DNA of 63,127 nucleotides, filler included, from Asterionella formosa (taxonomy: Eukaryota), in the NCBI GenBank assembly GCA_002256025.1. It is 13 parts of 13 records of this genome, joined end to end, with 100 filler letters (N's around TTAATTAATTAA, not from the genome) between each part and the next. Parts side by side here need not be neighbours in the genome. Positions count along the whole stretch, not along the records: positions 61,713 to 63,127 come from NKIB01002541.1; 12 more parts are not named here. One strand, 5' to 3'. Shown here one piece after another: positions 61,713-63,127 of this stretch. Numbering within the stretch: position 1 is the first letter of the stretch; every line of letters begins with the position of its first letter. The notes beneath the pieces were generated by a model. The model did no database searches, was not told the origin of the DNA, and saw only the letters and a program-made list of their open reading frames with translations. The translations under genes were made by a program, and so were the position numbers.

Positions 61713-63127
61713 TGGTTGCTGAGGATACCGGTATGTGATATGCATCAATCCATGTCACAAATCATATTATAGTGATGTACATATCAACGCATCTGTATAC
61801 TTAGATCCTATCCACTGTATGATACTATCATATTAACTGAAAAAAGTAACAGCACCAAGAAATGATCGAACTTGTTTAAGATTGGTAGGGGAAGACATAT
61901 TAATCAATGCTCGGACTTTTTTAGACCAAGGTTTCAGTCCATTAGGAGTTGACCAATATCCTAACCAATCTGTCTCTTGGATGGCCCATTCACACTTAGA
62001 TGGATTAATTGTGAAACCCTTTGCCTGTAAACGATGTAAAATAGGGTCCAATAAATGAAAGTGATCCGAAAAATTCATTGAAAAACAACCCACATCATCA
62101 ATATAAATTTCCACATCATCTAAATCACTAAGAGTCTGTTCCACATTTTCTTGTGCAATATCAGATGATTGTTTCACCCCCATAAGGAGATGTAAATATT
62201 TATATAAACCAAATGGAGTTAAAATAACGCACAAGTTTTGACTCTCCACATCCAATGCGAAAGTATAATATTGCATGGAAACATCCAATTTGGTGAAAAA
62301 TACATATCCAGTATATTAACTGTTGACTTTAACTTTATAAATTAAACGACAAATATATATATTAATTAACATCCTTTATGATTGCTTGATTTATATTCTA
62401 TGATGTCTTGGTAACACTTGCGTACATATTTAATCGTATTTTATTGTCATTGTATTATTTTAGCATAATCATATTTTGATCAAAATTATATCATAAATAT
62501 TTTATAAAATCATCATAGTTATATGATCAATGTATAATAACTTTGTGATGTACTTTTTTCAATATTATCAATGTAGTAACCCTAACATGATATCACAGTA
62601 TCATACATGATTTGATTGGGAAGCAACTGTATTCTGCATCGTGCTACAGGGTATATTATTATATCACGATATTTAGTAGCAAAGTCACTCCGCCTGTAAT
62701 GTACTAAAGTCGACAGTGCACATACACACACGCTAATCAGGTTTGAGGCAATGGACAGTGGTTCGAACGAGCGAATGATGATACCACGGGTACCAATTTT
62801 TCCAACGAAAGAAGCAACTTGTCTCTCTATTGATGAGGATGACATGGACATCGACTTTTCCAGGAGCAAACAACAAACAACAATGAAGAGACCCACTTAT
62901 CGCTCTATTGATGTTAACAAAGATGCGGACAAGTTCAACAGTGAATACAAGAACAACATACTATTGAAAACAAGTTGACAGTGTGTGCACGCAAACGCCA
63001 AGCAAGTTTGAGGCAACGGACAATTCCAACAAGCAAATGATGATACAGATATCAAATTCTTCCTACGAGCAAACAACAATGAAAAGAGCCACTTGCTTTC
63101 GCTCTCTTGATGGTATCAAAGATGCGG
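61713..63127 (-). mobile_element. Inverted paralogue of inner TIR element segment ~30610-31585, interrupted by a gypsy RT fragment
   Basis: 61713-61839 and 62313-63127 align as reverse complement with 31584-31458 and 31467-~30615. Confidence 0.85.
61840..62312 (-). pseudogene. 473-bp internal fragment of Ty3/gypsy reverse transcriptase
   Basis: GYVFFTKLDVSMQYY..TPFGLYKY..IYIDDVG..GFTINPSKCEW..WLGYW..VRSFLGAVTF; flanked by ATATTAACTG on both sides. Confidence 0.88.

Noticed and set aside
46533..63127. Apparent clustering of HMG-box, PGRL1, recombinase and RT genes as one system
   Set aside because: They lie on separate ~1.4-kb contigs ordered by size, so adjacency has no biological meaning

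Overview
Eukaryotic, almost certainly diatom, DNA. The evidence is short GT-AG introns, bipartite plastid-targeting presequences, a DUF6824-type protein and CoDi-like copia elements. It is not one continuous locus: 13 contigs are joined by an artificial 100-bp spacer (44 N + TTAATTAATTAA + 44 N). Contig 1 (1-23175) is compact euchromatin with 12 host genes, mostly in head-to-head pairs: DUF6824 protein, KTI12, histidine phosphatase, thiamine-PP carrier, BCAT, MFS molybdate-type transporter, class II photolyase-like protein, amino-acid permease, two Rossmann-fold proteins, a sulfotransferase and NDUFAF6. It ends in a decayed LINE-like remnant. Contig 2 (23276-46432) is a transposon graveyard. 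It holds a Crypton-like fragment and a Ty1/copia element split by a 14-kb block made of two nested large TIR elements with CGTCTGCAAATAAAAA ends that I cannot assign to a known superfamily. Eleven ~1.4-kb contigs carry pieces of copia, gypsy, PIF/Harbinger, pogo and a split-direct-repeat tyrosine-recombinase retroelement, plus partial HMG-box, PGRL1 and fibrillin-like genes. The most notable signals are: (i) a highly iterated TA-CC(W)GG-TA palindrome family concentrated upstream of genes that looks like accumulated TA-duplicating footprints; (ii) the self-nesting CG-ended TIR family; (iii) a bare 473-bp gypsy RT fragment inserted into that family with a 10-bp duplication, with the empty site also visible in the window; and (iv) RGG motifs after the signal peptides of two transporters. 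All calls come from reading the sequence by eye; no searches were run.
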